From positions 124,001-174,430 of the forward strand of contig CT868000.1 in assembly GCA_000165425.1 (NCBI GenBank): 50,430 nucleotides of DNA. The letters are read 5' to 3'. Below, in pieces: positions 39,455-50,430 of the stretch. The translations under genes were made by a program, and so were the position numbers. This DNA is from Paramecium tetraurelia (lineage: Eukaryota). The notes beneath the pieces were generated by a model. The model worked only from the letters and a program-made list of their open reading frames with translations. It did not search any database and had not been told where the DNA came from. Every line of letters begins with the position of its first letter. Position 1 is the first letter of the stretch.

Positions 39455-40100
39455 TCAATAGCCCAACTTCTCTAATTCTGCATTGATGCTAGTAAGTTCT
39501 TTAGCTCCAATAGCCTTTCTTCTGAGATTTTCTCTTTGAATTTTTCTCTTGTAATATGTGGCACCTCTATTAAATTAAATTGTTATTTATACCTTTATTT
39601 TCTCTTCTCCTCAAGTCTGTTAACAACTGCTTATGAATTCCATCCGACTGAAGCGCATAAATCACCCAAAGAGCAGTGGGGTCTATGGTTTTTGAGTCTG
39701 ATCAATTTAATGGCATCTGGAACGACTTATCTCTTTCTTGTGTCATAAGGAGGAGGGACACCTTCAAAGACCTTTAATCTTTCAAGGGCAGCTGCTCCTC
39801 TCTTTGACTTGTATTGAAGCATTCCTCTAACAACCTTCCAAAAGCATCTTGATGGTGTTCTATAGTGCTTATATCCTCTTCTTGGATTGAAAGCCATTCT
39901 CTTATTCAAATATTCTTCGAAGATGACTCTGTTTCTAAAGAGAGATCCTTCAATTAGTAAAATCGCTTACCAGATTGTTAAATCAACTCAGTTCTAACAA
40001 CAACAATTCTTTATCCTCTTTACAATTCCTTGGCAATATATGAAGCCAATCTACCAAGTAAATGGCCTTTTCCATCAATCACTATTTCCTTCTCAAACAT
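39455..40100 (-). CDS. RPL13A: 60S ribosomal protein L13a (uL13)
   Basis: [45 protein letters not shown]. Two tiny introns. Confidence 0.97.
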
Positions 40101-40226
40101 TTAATTTTAAATAAATTTTCAAAATGATTTTTATATGATAAAATACTTAACATTCATGAAGACAATTCTTAATCAGATATACTTTTAATTCTATTTCTCA
40201 TAATTAATTAATATATTAAAGCAGAT

Positions 40227-41707
40227 TCACATCTCCATACAACATTCTAAATTACTTTTTCTAATCATCACTCAATTAAATAAGTTTAGTAAATTATTCC
40301 TCCATATTTTAGTAATTTATCACACTAATCACACTTATTTTTGGTCCAAATTTTCCACTAAATGCCCTCCCAAGTTTTGATCGAGTGCTTGCAAAGATAA
40401 CCGGAATATTTTTATTGAAGCATTCTTTTAAAACCTTCAATATTTGATGATCTGGCCCATCTGAAATTATACTCATTTTTATTTACTTTTAATAGGACAC
40501 TCTTAAATGCCAATGGGTATAATTATTAATTTTGCTGATTTTTCAGGTAACGTATATTAAATACTTCTTAAACACTCTTTTATTCCTGCCACAATTCTCT
40601 TTTTATTCTTTTTTGGTTCAATTACTTTCTTTTTTGCTTACATATAGCTGAGTTCATTAATAAATTGCAAAGCCATATCATCTAATTCTTTACAAGGAAT
40701 TTGAGTAATCCAAGGTCTAATTTTCATATTATTATATTTTTCTTTTGAATAAGGATTGATGTTGGATAACTAATTTAGAATAGTTATCAACTATTAATCA
40801 TCATCTTTGATTTGATCTTCATCAACTGTCTCATAATCAGGATCATTAAGATTATCCCACAGTTATTTGGCTTTTTGGATCTTTGATAACTTTTTCTTTT
40901 TTATCTCTTACTAAACAATTTAGACATTATTATTTTCATCTAAGACATAACCAAATTATTTTTTTTTTTCTCTTCTCACATATTATTTGTATTAAATTCT
41001 TAGTTCCCTAATTAATTAATTGATTTTCTTCATTCCCAATAAATTGTTCCTTTTCTACTTTTTTTCCATTAATGTTGAAAACTTCTCCATTCTTTTTCTT
41101 TGCTCTAACATTCTTTATCCCTTAATGCGCTCATCATATTCTGCTTTCTTAATTTCATATTCTTTCACTTGTTTATGAAATTCTTCATACTCTTTTTGAG
41201 TGTATGTCCAATAGCCAAGTTTTGGATCTATTTGTAATGTATATTAAATATACCTAAAACCAATTACTTAGGTTCCTCCGGAACTTCTATATTTTCTTAT
41301 TTTACATCTTTCTTTTAAACCTTCTATTCTGTTTTCTATTATTCAACCTTATTACCCGTTGGCAATTTCTCCATCTTTTAACCTTATTTTGGTTGTTATT
41401 CTAGATATTGCTTTTATTAATTATCCTTATTGCTTTTAATTAACATTTTTTTATTTTCATTTTATTCCTTCTTTTTTGGCTATTCATTTGATTACTTAGA
41501 TTACTTATGAGTAATCTACTTATAATTCTGCGAATCAGGACGATAATTATAGTTATCAAATTTAAATTGATGTCCTCCGTAATTGTCATAGGGATAATCG
41601 CATTAGAAATCTGTATTTTGAGATGGCTAGTTAGTATTCATTTATGACTCAATTATTTCACAAGAAAATGCATTTGCATTCAAGTTTAGTTTTTTTCTTT
41701 GCTGCAT
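40227..41707 (-). CDS. SECISBP2: SECIS-binding protein 2 (selenocysteine insertion factor)
   Basis: K-rich segment KKKLSKIQKAK, then IRPWITQIPCKELDDMALQFINELSYMQ...KKRIVAGIKECLRSI...KLIII...NGPDHQI...NIPVIFASTRSKLGRAF...ISVISVINYQNMEEQF. This is the SBP2-type extended L7Ae domain. Two tiny introns. Confidence 0.85.
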
Positions 41708-41727
41708 AAATTATTTATTAATAAATA
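41708..41727. promoter_or_regulatory. 20-nt spacer between head-to-head start codons, containing a perfect palindrome
   Basis: ATTATTTATTAATAAATAAT (41710-41729) is its own reverse complement and lies between the SBP2 ATG (41707, minus) and the next ATG (41728, plus). Confidence 0.5.
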
Positions 41728-42459
41728 ATGAAGGGACCTAAATATGTAGAGTAAGACATAATAAAGAGGGTTTGTTAAGCTGAGTAATTCTAATAACATA
41801 AATTTAAATTGATAAACACTAGGTCTGATCCATATTTATCAAGAAGAGTATCACTTATTATTCATGTTTTAGCATGTTTTATAAGACAATGATAAATACT
41901 AATAAATACGAGCAAATAAATTCTATACCAAATTGCAAGTGGATTTATAAAAGGAGCAACGATTATTCAAGGAAAATGCCAAAATCCTTAATCGAATCGT
42001 AGATATAGGAAATTAAAAAACTTACTCATCTCTCCCCAAAAGATCACTGACCAGATAAAGTTCTGCCAATTCAATTAAGTCTCTTAATTTATCTTACAGA
42101 AAGAAAGAGGCATTGAAAATAGTTGGGGAAAATGAAAAATTGATGCAGCGGTTATAGAGAACCCCTTCCACATTTAGAAATAAAGAAACTTTTCTTAAGG
42201 ATTACAAAAAGTAAATTATACATTTAATTAATAAAGGACAGTCGAACTCAAGAATAGAATCTCAAAATATTCATAGCAAAATCAACAAAAGATGGGTAAA
42301 ATAGTTCAGAGATTAACCAAAACTACAACCAATCCTAAGTTTAACAAATCCAATTAAAGCAAAACCAGTGCTCCATCCTATAAGAATTCTGCCCTGTCCT
42401 AATTACGTATTGAACCTGACAGGTAGTAATAAAAGCTATAGTTCCCCAGAATAAAATGA
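41728..42459 (+). CDS. CFAP97/KIAA1430-like ciliary coiled-coil protein
   Basis: RLFKENAKILNRIVDI and SLNLSYRKKEALKIVGENEKLMQRLQRTPSTF. Two tiny introns. Confidence 0.65.
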
Positions 42460-42495
42460 TCAATAAAATTTATATAATTTTTTTTTAAATCCTTA

Positions 42496-45400
42496 TCAAC
42501 AGAATTATCTCTTAATAATAGCTAAAATGTATTCGGCATCCTTGGGGTCAGTACCATTAATTTTCAAATCCAATGAGCCATTAGAATTGTAACAACCATA
42601 AATTAGAACACAACTCTTGTTTTCTGCATTGGCACCTGCACAAATAATTTCCTATTCAATTACTTCAATGACCTAAAAGAATAATTAGGACTAGAAATAC
42701 ATTAATATTAATAGTTTAGATCATCCTTTTGAAATCCTATTCAGATTTGATCCTGCTTTACAAAGTAACTTCTTTAACATTTTGATATCTCTCCCATAGT
42801 TGTTCATATTGATCTACATTAATATTTGCTGGAATATATGATCTAGTTTATTGTTATGGAATAGGTTATGTCTAAATAGGAGAAGGTTAAGCCCATTATT
42901 ATTAGGGTTGTTATTATTGAGGAACTATTGGCTTTTGAGTGATGATTTATGGTTATTACACATATACTTAAGGAACGCCGGTGATTGGTTATTTAGATGG
43001 CAATGGGTCATCAATGTCTAATAAATTCTAAACTTATGCTGGTGGTTTTTATTGAGGTGCTTGTGTTGGATTGGGATTTGCATTCATAGGTTTCTGTGTA
43101 GCCACAGCTGAAATTCCTTTTTTCTAAGTTTATCTAATATATTAATAAGTATAATTACTAAGGTTGTTGTTATGTTTAGGAAATGGGTGCAAACAGTTGA
43201 TTTGCTAATTTCTGCTTTTCCTTCAGATTTGGATCTTCTTTTGGAGGTAGAGGTCTGACAGGTGGAATATATGTATTTTAAGTTTAATTAGTATTTACTC
43301 CCATTTATCCACTACCCATAGCTTGCATAGTTGTTTTAGATGTTGTTTAACCAGTTCCACTACTTCCGATTCCTGTTGTTGATCCTATCGCCATTGGAGT
43401 TGTAATCACAGGTTTGGGAGCAGGTGGTTACTTTTAGTTGTAACCTGTATCATCCCAAGGTCCTGCTATAGTTGGAGCTGATGGATTCTAATTTGTTGTT
43501 TTATTTTCTTCAGCTCCAGCACCAAAAGTACTAGTTTTGGTACCTCCATATTTATTATCATTATAAGGCCCAAAGTTAAGAGAAGATACTTCTGCTGCTG
43601 AACCTAAAGCAGCTGCTTTAACTTGTAATGATGGATTATATGGTTAAGCTCCTCGCTATCTTTCTTATTAGACATACGCATCTAAGAATGACATTTTGGG
43701 ATCCACAGTGGTATCTTTGGAACCTTTTAGTGCTGCATTAAATTTAGCAAGAGTATAAAAGTCGATGGCTCTTTATTAGCAATCTAAGTTTTTTGATTGC
43801 ATATATTTTTAAAAGATGGCTCTGGTTTAATCAAACATTTAAAATGCTCTTGCAGATTGTAATTTAGCCAAACATGTTAATATCCAAGATATGGTTGTTT
43901 CTGATTCTAATTGTGAATCTAATTTCAAGATTACTAATTGAGTTAATTCATTCAATTTATTTGGATCTTAATCATAGATTTATGATCCAATTTCACCAAT
44001 AACCCAACAAACAATTTTCAAAATATTATCTTACAAATCATTTTTTAATAGATCAGAATAGATTTCAGTAATGAACATACCAAATTCAGTTCCAATATCA
44101 TTAAAATTATCTATCAATAATTTAAAGAAATTGTTTCTGACATCATTATCAATGAATTCAGATCCGAATTCAAATAATGTGTTAGCTGTCTTAATGAACC
44201 ATTCCTGAGTAGGTGCATGTTTTTCATTTAGTAAAGATACTTTGACAAACAAATCCTTTTTGAAATTAGTATCTGAACTTGTTTTGAGAAAATGAATCAA
44301 TTTTTGAATAATGACTTCACAATTTTATTCATTTGTCATTTTAAATAGTAATTCTAAAGTCTCCTTCTTTAAAGTATCATCATTAGATTCTAAGCAATCA
44401 ACAATTGTCATTTGATGTTCTAATACATACTTCTATGAAATAGAAACAATCTAAGTTAAGGCATTAATTCCTAAATATTTAAGATTATTGTTGTCAGATT
44501 TCAAAAATCTAGATACAGAATTAGCTGCTTATTCAAGAAGACCTTGTTGAGGGTAAATTCCACTGATGCATTTAACACATTGGTAAGTCACAGCATAACC
44601 TATATTGATAGTTGTGTCATCAGCTCTTCTTAAAGTTGATCCCAATACTTCATAAATCTATTCGCTGACTTTCAAATCATTGGCTCCCAAAATAGTAAGG
44701 ATTTGAAGCAACTTTATTTATAACCAAGGAGCAGGAAATCTATGATAATCATAATCCTAGAATTATTATATAGTGGAATTTTACCTTATGTAGTTTATGC
44801 TCTATAATTTATTTGAGCATTGAAACAAAAGTACCTGTCAATGGTTTGTACTTATTAACAGAGCCTCTCTTTAATTCTTCATCATTGAGATTGAAGGCTG
44901 CTCCCATAACACTTGGCTCTTTGTCTTGGATTCCCCTTCTGATTCTATCATCATAATCTTATTCTGTGATGCAATCCTAGTTCAACTATCTAATAATCTA
45001 CATCACCATCAATGCCTATGATCATATTATTGGTATACTTTCTTCCTCACAATGTCAGTGTTATGAGTCAATAATTTTAATACAGGTTCTGTCAATGCAT
45101 TCACAAAAGTCTTGCTTATTAATTTTCCAACTGCAGTAAGAGCATTGACTACAACATGAACATTGGTCGATGCCAAATCTTTTTGGAGTGTGGCCACCAA
45201 CAATATAAGTAGCTCACTATCATTATCCAAAAATAAGGAACAACACAAATAGCCCAATCTCTTAAGTGCCCAAATTCTTGGACTGCGTGAGATGAATTGC
45301 ATTGATGTGTACAAAAGATGCATCATGACTTTATACTTCACTTTTACATGATACCCCAACATTTCTATGTAGATTGCCCTAATAAGCATTTCCTTCACTT

Positions 45401-45551
45401 TTTTTGGTGGCATGTTCTTCTCATTTAGTTTCGTCTTTAATTATTGAACTTCTTTAATGATGATCTTGTCTTCTTCCTATTTGCTACGAGTCTCTCCTAT
45501 TGACTTGACCAGATCATGTAATTCTTTGCTTAAATGTGATCCCGATGACAT
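42496..45551 (-). CDS. AP4E1: AP-4 adaptor complex epsilon subunit with an apparent +1 frameshift at ~45270
   Basis: [61 protein letters not shown], plus a C-terminal ear domain with IEVIEQEIICAG. Confidence 0.9.
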
Positions 45552-45768
45552 CCTATAAATTAATAAAATAAATTTTTTAAATTCTCAATAATTTCCTAAT
45601 TTACTAATTTTTGTTGTTCTATATTCTATAAATTTCGAAGTTCATATTAATTAGATTTATTTAAAATAGATAGATTGAATCATTCCTAAAATGGACAGAA
45701 CATTTTCTTATGGAATAAATATAAAAATAAAGAAGATCCATTATAATATACTGAATTTTGATATTATC

Positions 45769-46618
45769 TCATTTTAAGGCAGCCAAGTACTCGCTATGTT
45801 CTTAGAATGGTGTTGATTCTAATTTGGTGTGTCCCCAAAGATCTGGGGTAAGGAAATTATAGGTTTCTTTAAGGGCATGGAAGGTTGCTTTCAAGAAGTT
45901 TGATCTGGTTCTTGTACTTCCTTTGGATTGAGTGTAGCAATCTTGGATACCAGCCATTTGTAAGACCTTCTTGGATGTGATGGCTGCAACTATACCAGTA
46001 CCTCTGGGTGCTGGAACCAATCTAACTCTGACTGATCCTTCCTTTCCTGTCACTTTGCATGGGACTGTGTGTGGTTAGGCAATCTTGTTTCCCCAATATC
46101 CTTTTCTGACTGGAATCAAATTAAGTTTAGCATTAATGACTGCTCCCTTAATGGCTCCTTGGACTTCTTTTGCTGATTTCCATCCCAAACCAATGTGTTA
46201 ATGGGAATCTCCAACTACTACGTAGGCCTTGAATCTGGTTCTTTATCCTGCGCATGTTTGCTTTTAGACTGGACCAATGGCAAGTGGTTCTTCTTTTAAG
46301 GTCTTGAGGAAATGATCGACAATTTGATATTCTAAATTATATAAAATAATTGATACCCTTAATTGGAATTGAGAATTAGAAAATAGTTTCAAGACTCTTA
46401 ATTTTACCAGCCTTTACTAATCTTCCTAATTTGGTCAATGGGACCCATTCTTATTCACCACCAAATCTTCTTGGACCTCTGTTTTATCTTGGAGCTCCTC
46501 CTTCTCTTCTTTCTCTTTATCCTCTTCCTCCTCTTCCGAATCCTTTCTTCTCAGCTGGGGCTGCCTCTTATTATTATTCTGGTGCAGGTTGGGCTTATTG
46601 TTACTCCTATTCTGCCAT
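45769..46618 (-). CDS. RPS2: 40S ribosomal protein S2 (uS5)
   Basis: RG-rich N-terminus, [45 protein letters not shown]. One 25-nt intron. Confidence 0.97.
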
Positions 46619-46976
46619 TAAAATAAAAATCTTAATTTAAAAATTTGTTTTCAAAGTTGTATATAAGCATAAAAAAGTGCATTATATAATAAAATAATCA
46701 ATAGCGCTCTGAGAATAATCTGTACACAAGAACTCACATATTTTGACACAATTTAGAAGATGCATTTATAATTTAATTTTGTTAGGAGTGTAAAAGATAT
46801 TGTATTAAGTATTCTTAAACATTTGAAACCATAAGCATATCTAAACTAACAAATATAGATTAATTTATAGATTATATATTAAAATTTCAACAACAATATT
46901 CACTTATTGATATGATGTGATTAAAATAACACATATGAATATATATATAAATTTTGACATAGTATTATGCTTGTGA

Positions 46977-48190
46977 TCAAATTTTGGAATTAAAAGTTTC
47001 ACCCTCCCCTAAATATGTAATACCATCGATTTTGGCATTTGGCATTTAAGGATTGCAAGGTGTATCTTCTAATGTTTGAGGTGGATGATTAATAACTCTT
47101 GTTGAGTTTTTTAGGTTGCTCTTTTCAGCAAAGGTTTTAAGAGGAGATACTTGCATATGAATAACATCCCAGCTAATTGAATTAAAGAATGGATGATTCT
47201 TTATTTCTTCATAGCCTCCTTTAACACCCAAGCGTTCTTTCGGATCATTTCTGAGTAGTTTTTGAATTAAATCACATGCAGTTGGACTCATGGTCTTTGG
47301 ATAGGTAGGATCATTGAGTAAAATTTATTTGGTGATCCTTTCCACTCTTCTTTGTGGATCATTGAATGGTGGATTACCATTAATCATCTCAAATATAAGA
47401 ATGCCTATAGTTTATATGACTACTTAATACCTAGAGTCCAGATGTCAACTTCATAAGAATGACCTTGTCTTGTAATGATTTCTGGGGCTAGATACTCAGG
47501 AGTGCCAGCTAATAGATAGGATTTTTCATTATCTTTTCTTAAGGTTGCTAATCCGAAATCTGTTAATTTAACATGTCCCGTTTCAGTCAGCAAAATATTT
47601 TCTGGTTTTAAATCCCTGTATATCACCTTAAGTTTTGTATTCAAATATTCAAGGGCTAATACTACTTCTGCTGCAACGAATCTTACAACATTTTCTGGTA
47701 ATCCATTTTTTTTACATTTGAGAACATTGTAAAACTACCCTCCATTTATGCATTCCATTACAAAGAATATATACTTTGGATTTTGAAATGCAAATTTCAA
47801 TTTTACTATAAAAGGATGTTTGCTTTATTTTAATACATTTCTTTCCAAAACTGTGTTTGTTTCTAAATTGCATTCTCTGATTTTCTTAATCTAAATTTAT
47901 TTCATTGCATATATTTTATTAGTGTCCTTCTTTCTCACCTGATAAACCTTGCCGAAAGCCCCCTTTTATAATTATTTATCATACTTGTCCAAGCATTCCT
48001 ATCTTAATAAAATCATCTTGGCTGATTTGTTATTTTAATGAAGGTGGTGGGATAACTACTAAGACAGGTTGCTTAGTTGCACTATTGGTTGCCAATTTAG
48101 CTACCATTATATACAAAAATTACTTTTGTCCTCACTTATTGAACTAATAAAGGATGTTTTTAGATCGTGATTTGGGCAACAATTTCCCAT
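46977..48190 (-). CDS. AGC-family Ser/Thr kinase (RSK/SGK/PKB-like) with N-terminal MGNCC acylation motif
   Basis: GQGAFGKV, YAMKQI, YRDLKPENILL, DFG, AGTPEYLAPE. Three tiny introns. Confidence 0.9.
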
Positions 48191-48467
48191 TACTATTATA
48201 TTAATAATTCATAAAAATTTACTTCTTTATTTGATTGATCGCTATTTCCTATTCTCGAAACACGAAAAGAATTCAAATAATTGAACTATTTTTAATTAGA
48301 GTATTTAAGGTTAAAAGAAATACCATTTAAAGTGATCTATGAAATGTAATTACAATTAATTTGAATGTTTTCAATGCTTAATAGTATATATTTGATATTT
48401 CATAAATATGAACTTAATTTTTTAGAGTTATTAGAGTCTAAAGATTTCCAATATTTTTAATTAAATA

Positions 48468-48709
48468 ATGTATTTACCAACATTTTACAAATTAGGATAC
48501 CGAAGCTTGGAGTGCCAAGGGCAAGAGATTCTTGGGAATTATGCCAGCTGTTGGCTGCTGGGGTATGCTTTATTATTTAATAAAATTCTAGCTGTCTGGG
48601 CACTCTACCCAAATCTTTACAACACAGTATACACTGATTTCATCCCCCCTCCCAAAGGTAATTGTATGTCCTAAATGAAGGTGTCTAAAGAAGAGTACAA
48701 GAAGTCTGA
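48468..48709 (+). CDS. Small single-TM mitochondrial protein resembling a ciliate cytochrome bc1 small subunit (QCR10-type), with an apparent +1 frameshift at ~48495
   Basis: MYLPTFYKL, then after a +1 shift DTEAWSAKGKRFLGIMPAVGCWAVWALYPNLYNTVYTDFIPPPKGVQRRVQEV. Introns at 48563-48591 and ~48658-48680. Family call is from recollection of the Tetrahymena complex III subunit. Confidence 0.6.
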
Positions 48710-48851
48710 GACATTGATATATCATTATTTGAAAATTACGATCACAAAATACTTCTTAGCATTCTGACTTATCGAAAAATAAGTCAATTATTAAATATAT
48801 TTCCACAGTTTTTATTCAATATATTATATATATATATATTCTAACACACTA

Positions 48852-50430
48852 TCAACATTTCACTTATTTCTCCAAAAGACTGCAAATTCGTTAGCCTATT
48901 TGAATTTCAATTAAAATTACCGTGCAAAGTGGTTTTCAGAGCTTAATACTCCTACTGATTCTTTATTAAGTAGTTTAAAATGGATTGCTACATTTATTGA
49001 TCGATTAAGATCAAAAATTTCTTGATCACATAATTTGCAAATTAGTGATTTGCTAATTGCACAAAGTTTGTAGCTACATAGGAGAACTATTGCTAAGTTT
49101 AGTTTCTAAATAGCAGCCAATTTAGAACAGTTATCAATTCAGATTTACTCAATGTCTCTAAGGCTCTTTCAACAGTATTACTAATATATAGAGTAAGATT
49201 GCTCACCTTGCATATTTGTTAATGCTTAATTGATAAAACTGTTAGATTACAAGTTAGATTAGTCGAGTTTTCTCTGGAGAGGGAATCCAAAATTACAATA
49301 TGTGTTAAAGTATATAGTTTCCAAATTCGGTTTAACTTAAGCCTGAATAATTAGCGATAGATTGTTTGACTAGGTTGGCAATGAAATTGGGAGGGTATTA
49401 TTGGATGATTTTGTGAATGATTTTGCATCCATATATTTACTGGGCCATGTAATGAAACTAGAATAGATTGATGAGATACAGATTCTTCAACGATGGGAAT
49501 GAGAAATTCCATTTTAGATTTGTCATAGGATTCAAGCATCTTGAAAATGACATAGTTGCCATTGGAATCGTAAATCAAAGATCTCATATTCTAAACCAAT
49601 TAAGAAAGTATAGAATTCTAGATATCCTCTTTGCCTTACGAATACTCAATCAACTTCTGCATGACTCTGCAACCAAAGGGATTCTTGGACAAATCGTAAA
49701 AGTGAGTCTTCAACTTGTTGAACATTCTGGTCTTGAGTTTGACATCTCCACAACTATCAAAGATCTTTTGAACAACGTAGTTCCCAAAGACGTCCTTCTG
49801 TATTTAGGGACTGATTCTTTCTAGCTTTTGGACTATCAATAATTGCTATTCCGGGGTTCCAGATTCAATTAGCTTCTGCAATTTTCGAGAGACAATTTAG
49901 TTTCCCCAAAGTGAATCCTATTGAAAATTTAATTTAGTCATTTACTATCAAACTTGAAATGTAGATGTCAGTCTCGATATCGGGTTCGAAGTACATTTGA
50001 GGACTGGCTTCATTTGAGTGATAGACCCCCATTCCGATAACGTTGTCACTCTGAAGATCTTTGAAATATTGTTCTTCGTTGATTGAAATCACTCTCTAAG
50101 ATAGAACTTGTTTGTTTATTTCTTATATGGGCGATTCCTATAGCCAAAGTTCTTTGATGTATTTAAACTTCTGATCATTCAAAGATTGATTGGAGTGTGG
50201 AGACGATTGCCCTTCGTTGGACTTGTTTTTATTATTTCTTCGTATGAGGTCTTTCTACAAACTCAAACTCTGATGTTTCTTAAACTTCTCTTCTTGATCT
50301 ATTTCATCGATGAAGTCTAGAATGCCACTGTGCTGATTGGTGAGTGGATCTAATTTGGGAGAAGTATCCAATGTTAACTGCTCGAATTCAGATTGAAGGG
50401 AAATCGTAACCGGAGAGCCAATCTCTTCTT
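48852..50430 (-). CDS. Pumilio/PUF-family RNA-binding protein (5' end outside the window)
   Basis: Eight PUF repeats: SRKLQK, GNYVVQK, GCRVMQK, GNYVIFK, GCKIIHK, GNYILQH, ASNTVER, ANYVIKK. Four tiny introns; TGA at 48852-48854. Confidence 0.9.

Noticed and set aside
45255..48500. Euplotes-style programmed +1 ribosomal frameshifting as the explanation for the frameshifts
   Set aside because: The sites lack a shared AAA-stop motif, and TAA/TAG are sense codons here. Sequencing error or mutation is more parsimonious.
1..50430. Most short ORFs in the supplied track as independent genes
   Set aside because: The track treats TAA/TAG as stops. The ORFs are fragments, shifted frames or antisense shadows of larger code-6 genes (for example 23143-23460, 23314-23598, 46431-46640, 49468-49824).

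Overview
Gene-dense, very AT-rich ciliate macronuclear DNA, almost certainly Paramecium. Reading frames only make sense with TAA/TAG = Gln and TGA as the sole stop, and the genes carry many 20-32 nt GT..AG introns. This is why the standard-code ORF track is fragmented. Hand translation in the ciliate code supports about 27 genes or gene remnants. Recognisable products are a trichocyst matrix protein, an LRR+ankyrin protein, ATG8, a Rab-like GTPase with a long coiled-coil tail, an IQ-DH-PH-PX-FERM RhoGEF, a cNBD K+ channel, short RIB43A, ATG18/WIPI, a Myb/SANT protein, a Cys-rich mini surface antigen, a MORN protein, a C4 zinc-finger protein, two AGC kinases, a four-domain cation channel with a T/E/E/E filter, uL13, SECIS-binding protein 2, a CFAP97-like protein, AP-4 epsilon, uS5, a small complex III subunit and a PUF protein. 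Several decayed gene remnants are also present, including an ISWI/SNF2-type fragment. I saw no tRNA, rRNA, telomere, transposon or CRISPR signal. I found no clearly new multi-gene system. The best leads are three conserved genes with +1 frameshifts (two of them exactly offset if an adjacent intron is retained), unusual domain architectures, and extremely compact or in-frame gene junctions. All gene models are manual and family calls come from motif recognition, not database searches.
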